A DNA stretch of 44,697 nt from Octopus bimaculoides (taxonomy: Eukaryota): assembly GCF_001194135.2 (NCBI RefSeq), contig NC_068988.1:16364080-16408776 (forward strand), written 5' to 3'. A model generated the notes under the pieces. That model had not been told where the DNA came from. It made no database searches and saw nothing but the letters and a program-made list of their open reading frames with translations. How positions within the stretch are numbered: the first letter of the stretch is position 1; every line of letters begins with the position of its first letter. This document shows positions 22,320 through 34,362 of this stretch, one piece after another. Both the position numbers and the translations under genes were made by a program.

Positions 22320-22788
22320 CAGAGGTTGGACAAAATAATGGAAAAACCTAATATCATAGAATCATAATTTTGAAATATATATAAAACAGTCAAAAGCTTG
22401 TTTATTTTTGTTTTTGATTTATTAATAGTGTTGTTTAATATGTTTTGCTAAACTGGCTGTTTCTTTTCAGATATCATCAGGAAAAGGTAATTAAAATTCA
22501 TCCGAGTTTCAAAGAGGTCAAATTGTTAGTGCTCATATAGCATGCGCTAGCGTAACGAAAACAGCCGAAAGTAATGACAGCCTTTAAGAAAGAAGGTAAA
22601 ACCTCCTCGTCGAAACAAAACTCCGGAAGAAAACCAAAATTTTCAGATGGGGACCGTCGGACCCTTACGAGAATTGTTAGAAAGGATCACAAAAGTACAG
22701 CTCCCAAAATGGCTGCAGAGCTTAATGACCACATCGAGAACCCTTTTTTACAAAAACTATTCTCCGGGAACTGCTGAAAGCCGGAATT
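22320..22788 (+). mobile_element. Tc1-family transposon, left TIR plus N-terminal DNA-binding region
   Basis: TA then CAGAGGTTGGACAAAATAATGGAA. Peptides SEFQRGQIVSAHIACASVTKTAE, VMTAFKKEGKTSSSKQNSGRKPKFSDGDRRTLTRIVRKDHKSTAPKMAAELNDHIENP, TKTILRELLKAGI (paired-like HTH, GRPR-like GRKPK, homeo-like HTH). Confidence 0.9.
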
Positions 22789-23249
22789 GTAATGGAAGGC
22801 CATATGTGTTTCAGTAAGAATCTGCCCTATCACGCATGGCTCTAGTAACACAGGAATGAATGGTTGAAAATTTGGATGATCACATAGCTCTTAACATTTG
22901 GGCTCCTTATTTCCCAGATCTCAATCCATTGGACTATTACATGCGGAGCGTTGCTGAGAGAGATGTCAATGAACACGCACTTAATACCGAAGATACTTTG
23001 AAAGCTGCGATGGTCAGAGTAATGTCCAAAATGAACCAGAGCCACTTGATTCGAGCATGTAGATGATTTAGATCTCATATAGAAGCAGTTGTTGAAGCTG
23101 AAGGTGGCTTTATTGAATAACATTATAGAAAGGACGGTTTACTTTCACCCTCATAACATTTTCTGACAAATAAAGTTATTATCTGTCGCTATATATCCGT
23201 TTTATTTTGTTTTATAAGCATAAATCTGTCCTCAAATATCTTATGCACC

Positions 23250-23252
<3 letters not shown>
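22789..23252 (+). mobile_element. DD37D (maT) transposon, catalytic C-terminus plus right TIR
   Basis: NGRPYVFQ*ESA..WAPYFPDLNPLDYY..RACRRFRSHIEAVVEAEGGFIE*. Exactly 37 codons lie between the second catalytic position (GAA, 22818-22820, D>E) and the third Asp (GAC, 22932-22934). Ends ..TCTTATGCACCCTG followed by TA. Confidence 0.9.
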
Positions 23253-23292
<40 letters not shown>

Positions 23293-26081
23293 CTAATTTA
23301 TTCCTTTCTTAGTTCCAGTAAACGCTACTCTCAGAGTAGCATTAACGGCAGCTTCATTATTATCATCGTTTGGAAAATCGATAGTTGTGATAAAATACTG
23401 AACGTGTAGAATACAGAGAAATAAATGTAAAATTTATATAAAAAGTTGTAAGTAATGCATTACATATATGGCTATGTTTATAATACTAAATGTATTGTGA
23501 TCGTGTATTGCAGAAAGTAGTTCTTTACAAGTGAACAGATGTAAAAGTGATTAGGCAATTTTGTCTCTTGTTCGCATTAAATGCATCCTGCTCTTATAAC
23601 ATAGTTGAAAATGTAGTTGAGCAAATAGTCGATTCCATTACAAAACGCTTTCGACAGTGTTATTGTACAAAAAGGGAAAATGGACAGTTTTGGAAATTGA
23701 TGGGTGACGAGTAATAGTGGGAAAGATATTTTTGAATTTTACACTTTATAGCTAGTCTGGATACTAAAGTACATGTGTTATCTGTTTTAAAGCTGACCGA
23801 AGAGTAAAAGTCATGTATAACTATCAGGTACTAGTTACGTGCTTAACAATTGAGAAATCGCCATAAGGATTGTTCAACATCGCATGCAGAGATAAGTTAC
23901 CGAAATTTGTATCAGAGGTTGAAAGGGGACGAATGCCATGCCAGGTTATAGGAAGCCTCAGAATGCTTATAGATTTTCCCTAACAATAAAGATTTCTCTT
24001 GTCACGCTTTCTGGTGCTAAAAACCAAGTTATATGTAACCTATAATGTGGCAGGATATGAGACGTTGATATCTGTTACTCTGTCCATTTTAGGTGAATTT
24101 ATTTATTCTTTAAAATTTGGCATGTCAGGATATTTTTTCTTTTACTAAATGATGGGGTTAAACATCGTTACATATAAATGTAAGGTAGCTATCGATTTGT
24201 GTCTTAACCAAAATTTTAATTATTTGGTCTACTTTATAATTCGTTAACCAAAGATCAAGGTTTGTGGAATATACACAAACAAGCACACAAACATACGTAC
24301 ACACGCACACACAGACGCACATACATACATACTTACAGACAAATGCACATATACCCACATGTATATATATATATATCACCTGTGAACTAAACCCCCATAC
24401 TTTGTACACACACACACACACAAACACATACGTGTATACATATATATGTATGTATGCAACATTAAGTTTTCAATGAAGTAGGTAGGGAAGTTGCAATAAG
24501 GACATGGGTTGGGGTGTACCAATCTTACACTAATATTCATCATGCTGAAGAACATTCTCTGTTGTTAATATAATTTTGCAATATTTTGGTCTAATGGTAT
24601 TGGAATTTTTATGTTCGACAAACAAGAAATCAAATTTCCCTTTTATACTTGTAGAGTAATCCCCTGAATTAAATAGACATGCAGCTACAGATTATATTGC
24701 ACGGATGAGAAAAGAATTAGAAAGCATTTCATAAAGAAATTTGAAACGAAGTTTAATCCACTGGAGATTATTTTGTAATATATCACAGCATAATATTTTC
24801 TGAGTAAATTTTTGAAATGATAAAACGTAGAATACAATTGATGATGCCGTGAAAGGATTCTCTGATCGTGTGATGTCATCAGCCTTAAATATGTTAAGCT
24901 CGCGTTACTGTACTGGGCATATTAATATCATAACCACTCTGGAGTGGATATTCTGGATTCAATTACATCTACTGAGATCAATGTCGAGAAATACTCCATC
25001 GAATCACTCCAATTTGTACACGGAGTATGATGCGGAGTATAATATACAACTGAAAAAAGAATATTCGATTCTATTTCAGCATTTCACTTAAGCAGGTCGT
25101 CATTAATTTACATATACGCTACAAAGATTACATCTCTGTAGCTTATATGCAAATGTATAGCTGTGTGCTTAAGAAGTTAAATGCCGCATATTGGTGTGCC
25201 AATTTTGAATCAACTGGGAAACACATTAATATCATTTTCATTGCAGAGAAATTGAAATTGTGAGTGAAATTGTGACAGATGCTGCAAAGAAGCCGCTGAT
25301 GTGATTTATAGATATTATTTCGAGGTATACTCAATGCTTCATTTGGTTTATCACACTCGTGAAATCCATGTGGTGTGATTGTTAGCGAAACGAACCTTTG
25401 GCGATTATTGGGACCATGATTTACAGGCAAACATCAATCGCAGTTTATTCACCCCTCCATTACTAGCTTCAGAGACCCAAAACCTAACACCAATCCTACA
25501 AAATCCCTTTTACTCTGACATTGCACCCTTAACTATAACATTAAGGAAAGACATTGTAAGGATTTTGAGGTGCTGCATTTTCAATTACATACAAATGAGC
25601 TAGTTAATATGGAACCATGGACTAATATAAAAAGGAATGGTGATATAAATACAAAGAATATTATCTTATACATATTAAATGGACAGTAAAGAACATCACA
25701 CAGTTAGTTTCATGAGTCACGTTATAAAGATCATTCGGAAAATTTTACTTTTGCGAGCACGAACCAGAATAACTTGGGATTGGAACTGGACAGTTTAACT
25801 TTCCAAACGGTGCATCAGCAGTGGGTTTCGATAAGGTTATGCCATGTCACCAGACTTCTTCAATTGCTGTAGGTAATTAATTGTAAGAGAACTGAAGAAA
25901 GAAAAAGGGTGGAAGGCAGAAGTATCATAGACATATCACCTGCAGAATTGAAAACGGAACTTCAGTGACATCTGGATGTAACGGTCAGAGAAAGTGAAAG
26001 AAAGGATCTGTCCATAGATTGCTAAAAGACAAAGTGTATGGGGATGACAAAAAAGGGAAGTCTAAAGTACAAATTGAAAAT

Positions 26082-26860
26082 GAACACTTGTTTCACGAAC
26101 GAGCTGTCTTTATGTTCAATTTCCTCTGTGTGTGTGGTTTCTTAAATTTACTATTCTTTCACACTCTTCTGACAGTTGTCATGTCAGGTTACAGCTTGGT
26201 TTTGTTCAAGCTTAGCGAGAATTTTTGTTCTTGCTTCTGCGTCTTTTTCTGCAGTTAGTCCTTGAGTAAATATCAGGCACTTGAACATATCTGGCGTTAA
26301 TTCATTCACCTTGACCTTTTCACATTCTCTGTTAAGTGTACCAGCAAATGTGATGTAGTCCTCCTTGTTCTTTTCTACATTTAGACATTCCCAACGTGTA
26401 TTGAAAAACGAGCTTTTCTAACTAAACATTTTATACAATATGTCTATTTTATCTTCAAATTTTCTGTCAGAAGGTTTTTCGAGAGTACGTAATTTGCTGT
26501 AACGCTCATGTTCTCCTACTGACAGTTTCCTTAAGATTAAACGCGTTTTCATATTGTCATCCCAATCTTTGCACTCTTTATTGAAGATTTATTGCTTTCT
26601 TCTATAGTAAGCATGGAAGGTAACTCCTGCGTCTGGTTCGTACTTAAACTCTGTTATCAAGTTCCCAACATAACCTGGTGAGAACATTTTTGCAGCAATT
26701 CCGGATGAATTGCAGCACTTGTTGATGTAACAATAATTGTTGCTGCTGTTGCTTCTGCCGTTGTTCCTGCAGTTTTCGCTGTTGCTGTTCTTGCTCTTTC
26801 AGTTGTTACTGTTGTTTCTGCTGTTTTGTGGCAATTCTGGCTGCTGTTGTTCTTGATTTA
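26082..26860 (-). mobile_element. Ty3/gypsy LTR-retrotransposon Gag remnant (K02A2.6-like N-terminal region) with Q-rich N-terminus
   Basis: One frame from 26687 to 26187 (167 codons, internal stops at 26591-26589 and 26420-26418): LITEFKYEPDAGVTFHAYYRR..KECKDWDDNMKTRLILRKL..SSFFNTRWECLNVEK..DYITFAG..NRECE..ELTPDMFKCLIFTQGLTAEKDAEARTKILAKLEQN. Then QLSEECERIVNLR after a frameshift. No pol or LTR recognised. Confidence 0.8.
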
Positions 26861-27696
26861 TAGCTTTTGTGGAGTGAAAGCGGTGACATACTATATATCA
26901 CTATATATCAGTTTAGTATGTAGCTACCACTCTATGATGTTACATATTTCCTTTAATAATATATTTTATGAATGACTATAATTTCACAATTCACAGGTAA
27001 TTATCATATATTTAGAACACACTTGAAATAACCATATTTTCCTTACAAATCTCATTTTCAAAAACAGAAACAACGAGAGCGATTGAATGTCAATTTAAAT
27101 TTGTTTTAGTCAATCAATAACGACATTATAATTTCCACAATACGCTACCTTTCCCCTAAATCGAGGAGAACTCAAACAGTGTATCAAACTAGAGGGAAAA
27201 CAAAAGAACGTCTGCAAGTTTGTAAAATGGAAGTAGTACATTTTCTACTTCGCAATAAACATTTTCCTTTCTCTGCTTTTAATGCTCTACATTTTAACAA
27301 CGTTTGTTTCAATGAGTAGCTTTCATGCCAAAGCTGTCAGCATTGTGCAACACTGCAGATTTTATTATTCGGATATTCACTGTTTGATCTGTTAGTGGAA
27401 CTGATAACATGTCGAAATTTTTTTTTCTTTTCTATCAAAGCAATTCAAGGAATACGATTGATTTCAGTTTACATTTAGTTACAAATATATTCCCCTGCTA
27501 AATTTAATAGTAACATAATTAACATAAAATACAATAAACTAGAGGAGTACACACAAATTCATGCAAACATATTTTTACTGAGATACAATAATATAACTCA
27601 CGAAACTCCATTTGTGATTCATGGACAGATGACACGTACAAAACCGCACATACATATAGAATACACACGCACATGAATGGATATATATATACATAT

Positions 27697-28105
27697 AGGC
27701 ACAGCATGGCTGTGTGGGGTAAGTAGCTTGCTTAGCAACTACATGGTTCTGAGGTCAGTCCCACTCCGTAGCACCTTGGGCAAGTGTCTTCCAATATAGC
27801 CTCGGGTCGACCAAAGCCTTGTGAGTGGATTTGGTAGACGGAAACTGAAAGAAGCCCGCCATATATATGTGTATATATATGTGTGTGTGTATGTGTTTAT
27901 GTGTCTGTGTTTGTCCCCCGAATATCACTTGACAACCGATGGTGGTGTGTTTACGTCCCTGTAACCTAGCGGTTCGACAAAAGAGACGGATACAATAAGT
28001 ACTAGGCTTACAAAGAATAAGTCCCGGGGTCGATTTGCTCGACTATAGGCGGTGCTCCAGCATGACCACAGCCGAATGACTGAAACAAGTAAGAGAGTAA
28101 AAGAG
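27697..28105 (+). mobile_element. Family-C tRNA-derived SINE
   Basis: Head GGCACAGCATGGCTGTGTGG, CACCTTGGGCAAGTGTCTT, CCTTGTGAGTGGATTTGGTAGACGGAAACTGAAAGAAGCCC, internal TA/TG tract, tail GGCGGTGCTCCAGCATG..GACTGAAACAAGTAAGAGAGTAAAAGAG. Confidence 0.9.
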
Positions 28106-28111
28106 ATTTAC

Positions 28112-28478
28112 AGGCGCAGGCATGGCTGTGTGGTAAAAAGCTTCCTTCCCAACTATACGGTCCCGGGTTCAGTCACACTGCATGGCATCTTGGGCAAATC
28201 TCTTTTGCTATAGTCATAGGCTGACCAATACCTTGTGAGTGGATTTTGTGTAGAGAAACTGAAAGAATCCTGTCGTATATATGTATATGTATCTGTGTGT
28301 ATGTCTGTGTTTGTTCCCCCTTCACCATTTGAGAACCGGTGTTGGTGTGATTCCGTCCCCATAACTTAGCGGTTCGGGTAAAGTGTACTGGAGTCAATAC
28401 ATTCAGCTAGAATTATTCAAGGCGGTGCTCCAGCATTGCCGTAGTCTAACGACTGAAACAAGTAAAAGATAAAAGATA
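28112..28478 (+). mobile_element. Family-C tRNA-derived SINE, second copy head-to-tail with the first
   Basis: AGGCGCAGGCATGGCTGTGTGGTAAAAAG..GGGTTCAGTC..CTTGGGCAAA..CCTTGTGAGTGGATTTTG..GGCGGTGCTCCAGCATTGCC..GACTGAAACAAGTAAAAGATAAAAGATA. Confidence 0.85.
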
Positions 28479-28494
28479 CATATGTGCGTGTGTG

Positions 28495-28559
<65 letters not shown>

Positions 28560-28569
28560 NNNNNNNNNN

Positions 28570-28635
<66 letters not shown>

Positions 28636-28808
28636 ACGTATACCACTTCATTCAGATAACCATAAAATCAAGAACTGTTTCGAATTTAACAAAAGGACGT
28701 TGGTATTTTATCTGTTACGGGCCTGAATTCTACAACGAAAAGGTAAAGTTGCATAAACCCTGGGCAAATAACACGTACATGTACATAATTATCTATGTCA
28801 TCCTCCCT

Positions 28809-28913
28809 CTATCTATCTATCTATCTATCTATATGTCTGTCTGTCTCTCTCTCTCTCTGTCTTTATCTCTCTCTGTCTGTATCTCTCTCTGTCTTTATCC
28901 CTCTCTTTCTCTG

Positions 28914-28960
<47 letters not shown>
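28809..28960. repeat. Compound (TATC)n/(TC)n microsatellite
   Basis: Seen directly. Confidence 0.95.
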
Positions 28961-28961
<1 letters not shown>

Positions 28962-29514
28962 CGTATTTTTTTACGTTTGTATGTATGTAAATGTTTTCGT
29001 CCTATGTTCGATTCCCTATATTCTCTATAATAATGATTGTATTGAATGTTAAATGTATCTGTATACCTAACGAAACTACGCAAGAGATTAATTTAAAATG
29101 GATTTTGTCTCTTTTAAATAAATCTACGCACAAACAAAATGCAAAAATATAGCCTCAGTATAAACAAAGCATTAAGACATTTCCATCAAACAAAACGGCC
29201 AATAAAACTTGTTATAACTTTTTGAAGAAATCAATAATTTCATTGCGTCTCACAGTGTTATATTTTGAATTTTTAACAACTTCAGTTCCTGTGATTTGTA
29301 TTCCTGGGATTTGTGAATGCTTCACAAACCTGTTGATAATATTATTTCTGATGGAAATAATATGTCGCTATTGTGTAAAATCTCATATGCAGATATCGTT
29401 GGCTAGCAGAGCAATACAGTCCCAAATATAAAGACGCTATTGATGTTGATAATAAAGTAGACGTGACCTTCAAAGGAATTAATATTACAAATCCAAACTT
29501 ATCTCTTATTTTAA

Positions 29515-29890
29515 AATATTTTTAGTCATTGGACTGCAGCCATGCAAGGTTTTTTTGAACGAATCAACCCCAGTACTACTTATCTTTTAAGCCTGGTACT
29601 TATTCAATGGATCACTTTTGCTAAACCACCAAGTTACTAGGACATAAACAAACCAACACCAGTGTTCAAGCTTTGGTTGCAGACAAACATAGATGTACAC
29701 ACACTCACACAATGCACACACATGCACCCGCCACATATATATGACATTTCTTTCTGTTTTCAACTTCCAAATCCACTCCCAAGGCTTTTCTCGGTCCAAG
29801 TGTATAGTTAACGGTAGTTACCTGAAGTGTCGTGTAGGGGTCTGACCCAGGAATCATTTTGGGAAGCAAATATTTTACCACTGGTCCAAA
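29515..29890 (-). mobile_element. Family-C SINE, diverged
   Basis: Plus strand shows the reverse-complement landmarks TTTAGTCATTGGACTGCAGCCATG, AAGCCTGGTACTTATTC, TTCTGTTTTCAACTTCCAAATCCACTCCCAAGGCTTT, GGGAAGCAAATATTTTACCAC. Confidence 0.7.
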
Positions 29891-31034
29891 TCAGTACCAT
29901 TTTATGTGTCTGTATGTGTGTGCGCGCGCACACGCACACACATGGAAATTTTATAACCTTTCCAGGGAATGCGAAGTAATGCTTTTGAGGAATAATCGTT
30001 TTCATATTAAGGTATTTACAGATATAAAAATAGCATGTAAATATTGGGTAGAAAAGACTATTCGGGTAAATGAAAATCCGAGAGCAGCCCGCCTGAAACG
30101 AACTCACGTCCCTGATAGACATGACAAACATCCTACCACAGTCCATCGAATTTGGCTACCCGTTTTAGAGACATCATACATGCGAGAATTGCATGCTGTT
30201 GAGGTCAATGTAGTTTTATAAACTTTCTAGAAAGTGAAGTAACTCTTTTTTGTAATAATGGTGCTAAAAGTACCTCAGATACAACTACAAAGAATATGAT
30301 GTAAATATTGGGCCGAAACGCCTTTGGGACAGAAAAATTTTAATATTGCAATACCTTACTATAGATGAAATAAAAATATAAAAACAGTTTTTCATGCTCA
30401 TTTTCAATGAAAAAAGACAGGATTATCCTATGGATGTTTTCACGGTTTGTTAGCCCCTATGCAATGAAGTCGTACCAGTTTCTTCTCATATTCTACAGCA
30501 TATTGCATTTAACTGCTAGATGAGGGAACATCAATCCTATCGGAAAATGTGTTTACATTTCTATTTAACCCACAGCAAACTAGCATTTAAATTTATTTCA
30601 GTTCTGAGTTACACTACGCAGTACATAAAATAGCTATTTTTCCATTAACAAATCTGCAAACTAGGCTTATCCACCATATTGCCAGGCTAATTGCTGACAG
30701 CTTTATATAAAACTTGAAGACCGCATGCAAATTGTTAAGACAGGAAACCACATCCAAATTCTTATACGTTTATGAAACAGAGAATGAAACCCCTCGTTTA
30801 GTGGCATCCGCTTCTTTCTGCATTTTAACACCAAAAATTAATATCTTTACATTCTTACGTCAACGACTGCTAGGCTTTGCAATATAACATATTTTCAGTA
30901 CTTCTGATATATGAGATGTTTTTCATTATGAAAAAAACTGACGAAAATCACGTGGTTCACGAAGCGGGGATTATTCTATTATAAACTATTATTTCTGCCT
31001 CTCGCTCTGATACGTATTGAGATTCGTAGCTATC

Positions 31035-31156
31035 CGATAAGAAGTGGGTCCAGTCCTACTGCGTGGCAAGTTGAGCAACTGTCTTCCATTATAGTTGCGG
31101 GTCCACCAAAGCCTCGTGAGTGGACTTGGTAGACGGAAACTAAAAGAAGCCAGTGG

Positions 31157-31165
<9 letters not shown>
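31035..31165 (+). mobile_element. Family-C SINE, 5' half (rest probably in the gap)
   Basis: CCAGTCCTACTGCGTGGCAAGTTGAGCAACTGTCTT..CCAAAGCCTCGTGAGTGGACTTGGTAGACGGAAACTAAAAGAAGCC, then (TA)n and Ns. Confidence 0.7.
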
Positions 31166-31194
<29 letters not shown>

Positions 31195-31303
31195 NNNNNN
31201 NNNNNNNNNNNNNNNNNNNNNNNNNNNNNNNNNNNNNNNNNNNNNNNNNNNNNNNNNNNNNNNNNNNNNNNNNNNNNNNNNNNNNNNNNNNNNNNNNNNN
31301 NNN
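31195..31303. other. Assembly gap (N run)
   Basis: Run of N after (TA)n. Confidence 1.
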
Positions 31304-31621
31304 AAGGTACTCAGAAACCTGGATGTTTGTACATTTACAGATTTTTATTAATGTCACATAATAAATGAAGCGCTTTTCACCTAGTCGTGTAGGTTTTTCA
31401 AATTGTTTTGAGGAAACATTCTAGCGGGTCTCTTTATATAGTTTTATTGAGTGTGTAGGGGTGGAGAGAGAGAAATATAGGATAGTAAGAGAGGGTGAGG
31501 AAAAGTGAGAGAGAGAGAGAGAGAGAGTGTGTGTGTGTGTGTGTATGTGTGAGTATGTGTTTTTTTGTGTGTTAGTGTGTGTGTCTGTGTGTGTGCGTAT
31601 GTGTGTCGATGGGAAAGAGAA

Positions 31622-31779
31622 AAGAAGAAAATTGGGTTCACAGCTGGTTAGTTCTTTTCAATGATAAGTTTATTTTTAGCCTTTTAAAGGAATGGNNNNN
31701 NNNNNAAGAAGAAAATTGGGTTCACAGCTGGTTAGTTCTTTTCAATGATAAGTTTATTTTTAGCCTTTTAAAGGAATGG
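31622..31779. repeat. Exact 74-bp direct duplication around a 10-N gap (probable contig-overlap artefact)
   Basis: 31622-31695 is identical to 31706-31779, separated only by 10 Ns. Confidence 0.9.
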
Positions 31780-32024
31780 CAAAAGCAGGTGTGATCGTTT
31801 TGAAGTTGCTTTTCATAGAGAATCTTCGGTGTCATTGTCTAGTAAGAGAGTGTGGGTGCATTTTTGTGTGTGTGTGTGTGCATGTATGCGTGTGTGTCTG
31901 TGTGTGTGTGAGTGTGCCTGTGTATTTGAAAGGCGTGTCAGTGGGAAGGGGAGGGAAGAAGAAGATTCTGTTTACAGTTTACAGGTGTCCACTCCCTGCA
32001 ATTTTTTGTATGTTTATAAAAGCT

Positions 32025-34362
32025 AGAAAATTTCACTTTATACATTAATTTCCGTATAGGTCCATTGGACACTCTAATTACACTCAGACAATACTCTTGT
32101 CATTCGAAACAGATTAAAGCAGTATCAAATAAAATATTCCTAGATATTTATCAGATATAAAATAGATAAAATTGTATTCAATTTGAATCCACTGGTGTCA
32201 TTGTATTCAATTTATTTGCTGAATTTTAGATTCGACAGGAAAAATTATGAAAATATTCCTGTAAATTTGTGTGGTATTGCATCACCTTCAATCTGCTAGG
32301 GTATAGGGTGATGCAATATTTATATGTGATGACGGAATTCTTACAATATATTGCATCATCTTTCAGGAGAGTATAAATATGTGAGAGAGCAATATCTGCC
32401 TTTAGTTTGCTATCAAGTTTCATACCGTTCAGTTGTGCTGTCCAATATGCATAGATATGAAATCGTGAGTGAAGACCAAATATCGAAAAGGTTATTGGAA
32501 TTAGATGAAGAATGGGCAGAAGATAGTAGTGATTCCTTCTATTGCTCTGAAGATGGTGGTGAAAGTGATTGTATGCTGGATAGTTTAGGTTCTCCGTCAT
32601 AAGATGAAGATATTCAAAAACAATTATCTGCAAGCAACCCAATTATGAATGAACAATATGTTTCTAGGGACAGAGAAGAAGTTTGGCATTCTAATCCTCT
32701 TAGTCAAGCATCAGTAAGAACTTTATTTTACGATATTGTGTGCCAAGAATGTGGACCATCCTGTGTAGCTAAAAGGTCTTGCGATAGCATTGAAACATGT
32801 TTTACTATCTTCATGCGCCAGAATCATCTTGAAGTAATTCGTAAATGGACAAACGCTGAAGGTCAGATTGTTTACAATGATAAATGGGAATTGATCACTC
32901 TGAACCAAAGAAATTTATTGGACTAATTATTCTTATAAGGTGTTTATAAGTCTAAACATGAAAATGTCACGGAGTGAAGGAGATGGCTGCCCAGTATTCA
33001 ACAAAATTATGAACCGGGCAGGATTTTAAAGGATTTTACAAGTATTGCCTTTTAATTATGCTATTGAAAGAAAAATAAAGAGAAGTAGAGTATTTGATAA
33101 GTGGAATCAGAATTTGCAAGAGGGATATATTCCAAGTTCATGGGATATATTCCAAGTCCACATTTGGTGAAGAATTAGTTTCATTTAGTGGGAGCTGCCC
33201 CTTCCGGGTATATATTCATTTAAAATCAGAGAGATATGGAATTAAAATTTAGGCAATATGCGACAGTGAATCATCTTATGCCTGGAAAATGCAGATCTAC
33301 ACTGAAAAAGACCCAGTAAAAGGGAGAGTGACAAATCAAGGTTCGAAAGTTGTTGAAGACCTAGTAGAAGAACTTGAAAATACTGGTCACAATATAACTT
33401 GTGATAATTTCTTTACAAGTCTAGGATTGGCCTGAAAGCTGCTTAGCAAGGAAAGTACTTTAGTTTGAGCAATTAGAAAGAACAGAGTTGAACTTCTAAG
33501 TACTTTCCTCAAAATGAAAAGAAAGAGAAATCAACAGCACAATATTTGGATTTCAAAAGGATTTTATGATCCTATCTTATTGTCCCAAATTATGAAGTCA
33601 CACGTATGAATACAATGCACTCTCCGCCTTCAATTGATTCAAAAAGTGCTGAAAAAAAAAACTGAAGTTATTACATGTTACAACAAAAGGAAAAGAGGAG
33701 TAGATACCCTAGATAAGATGGTAAGGACATACACTTGCAAAAAAATGACTTGAAGATGGCCTATGGTTATATGCTACAGCATAATTGATATAAATGCAGT
33801 TAATGCTTTCATTGTTGCTAAACAGCTTCACTTGCAAAGTTTCAAAGATAAAAGAAGACAGTGCCAAATTTAGTTAGGAAAGGAACGTATAGGAGTTAAT
33901 GCTAAACAAGAACATGACAAACAATCTTCTTGTTCTTCTAGTTCCGCTAACATTTCTCAACCAAACAAGAAAAGAAGACGATATTCAGCCTCATTTGACA
34001 TTCTTCAGTCAAAGGAAAAAGGAAGACGTTCTTTGTGCCCCCCCCCCAAAAAAAAAACGCGTACTGCATGTAAAAATTGTAATATTCATGTTTGCCAAGA
34101 ACATTCCAATGTTGTCTGCATTCACTGCCATGAAGAAATGCGTTTCTGTATTTTTGTAATTCTAAAAATTTATAATATATTCTGTAAGCTGTATTGTTTT
34201 AATAAAAATTTGTAAAAAAAACAGCAATTCTTCATTCATCTGATAGCATATATAATGTAGCTAAAAAATAGCGCAAGTTGAAATAAAATTAATTAAAAGG
34301 AAAATATCGGGTCCATTGGACCCAGATGGTAATTAGTGATATTTTCTTTGGTAGATCAATGG
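32025..34362 (+). mobile_element. Decayed piggyBac DNA transposon, near full length
   Basis: Right end ..GGGTCCATTGGACCC..GGTAGATCAATGG followed by TTAA (34363-34366). The left end keeps a degenerate inverted copy (AGAAAATTTCACT at 32025; 32047-32070 matches the right subterminal region at 19/24). A transposase remnant lies between. Confidence 0.92.
32447..34140 (+). pseudogene. piggyBac transposase pseudogene
   Basis: Acidic N-terminus; YVSRDREEVWHSNP; IRKWTNAEG; GVYKSKHEN; first Asp mutated (GEELVSFSGSCPFRVYI, GGT for GAT); CDNFFTS (GAT 33403-33405); YNKRKRGVDTLDKM (GAT 33703-33705); C-terminal Cys-rich domain CPPPKKKTRTACKNCNIHVCQEHSNVVCIHC. Many stops and frameshifts. Confidence 0.9.

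Noticed and set aside
23324-23340. Interrupted palindrome GCTACTCT-C-AGAGTAGC
   Set aside because: An 8-bp stem is expected about once by chance in a window of this size.
24530-24905. Minus-strand frame open for 70 plus 54 codons around one TAA
   Set aside because: F/I/L/S-rich composition, no motif, no splice sites; lengths within chance expectation.
25230-25603. 13-nt micro-exon-like site (25247-25259) and a nearly open frame 25268-25603
   Set aside because: The site is built from GAAATTG repeats, and the frame has an internal TGA and no recognisable homology.
31622-31779. Perfect 74-bp tandem duplication
   Set aside because: Identical copies split by a 10-N placeholder gap, typical of an unmerged contig overlap; a similar short echo surrounds the gap at 14519-14528.
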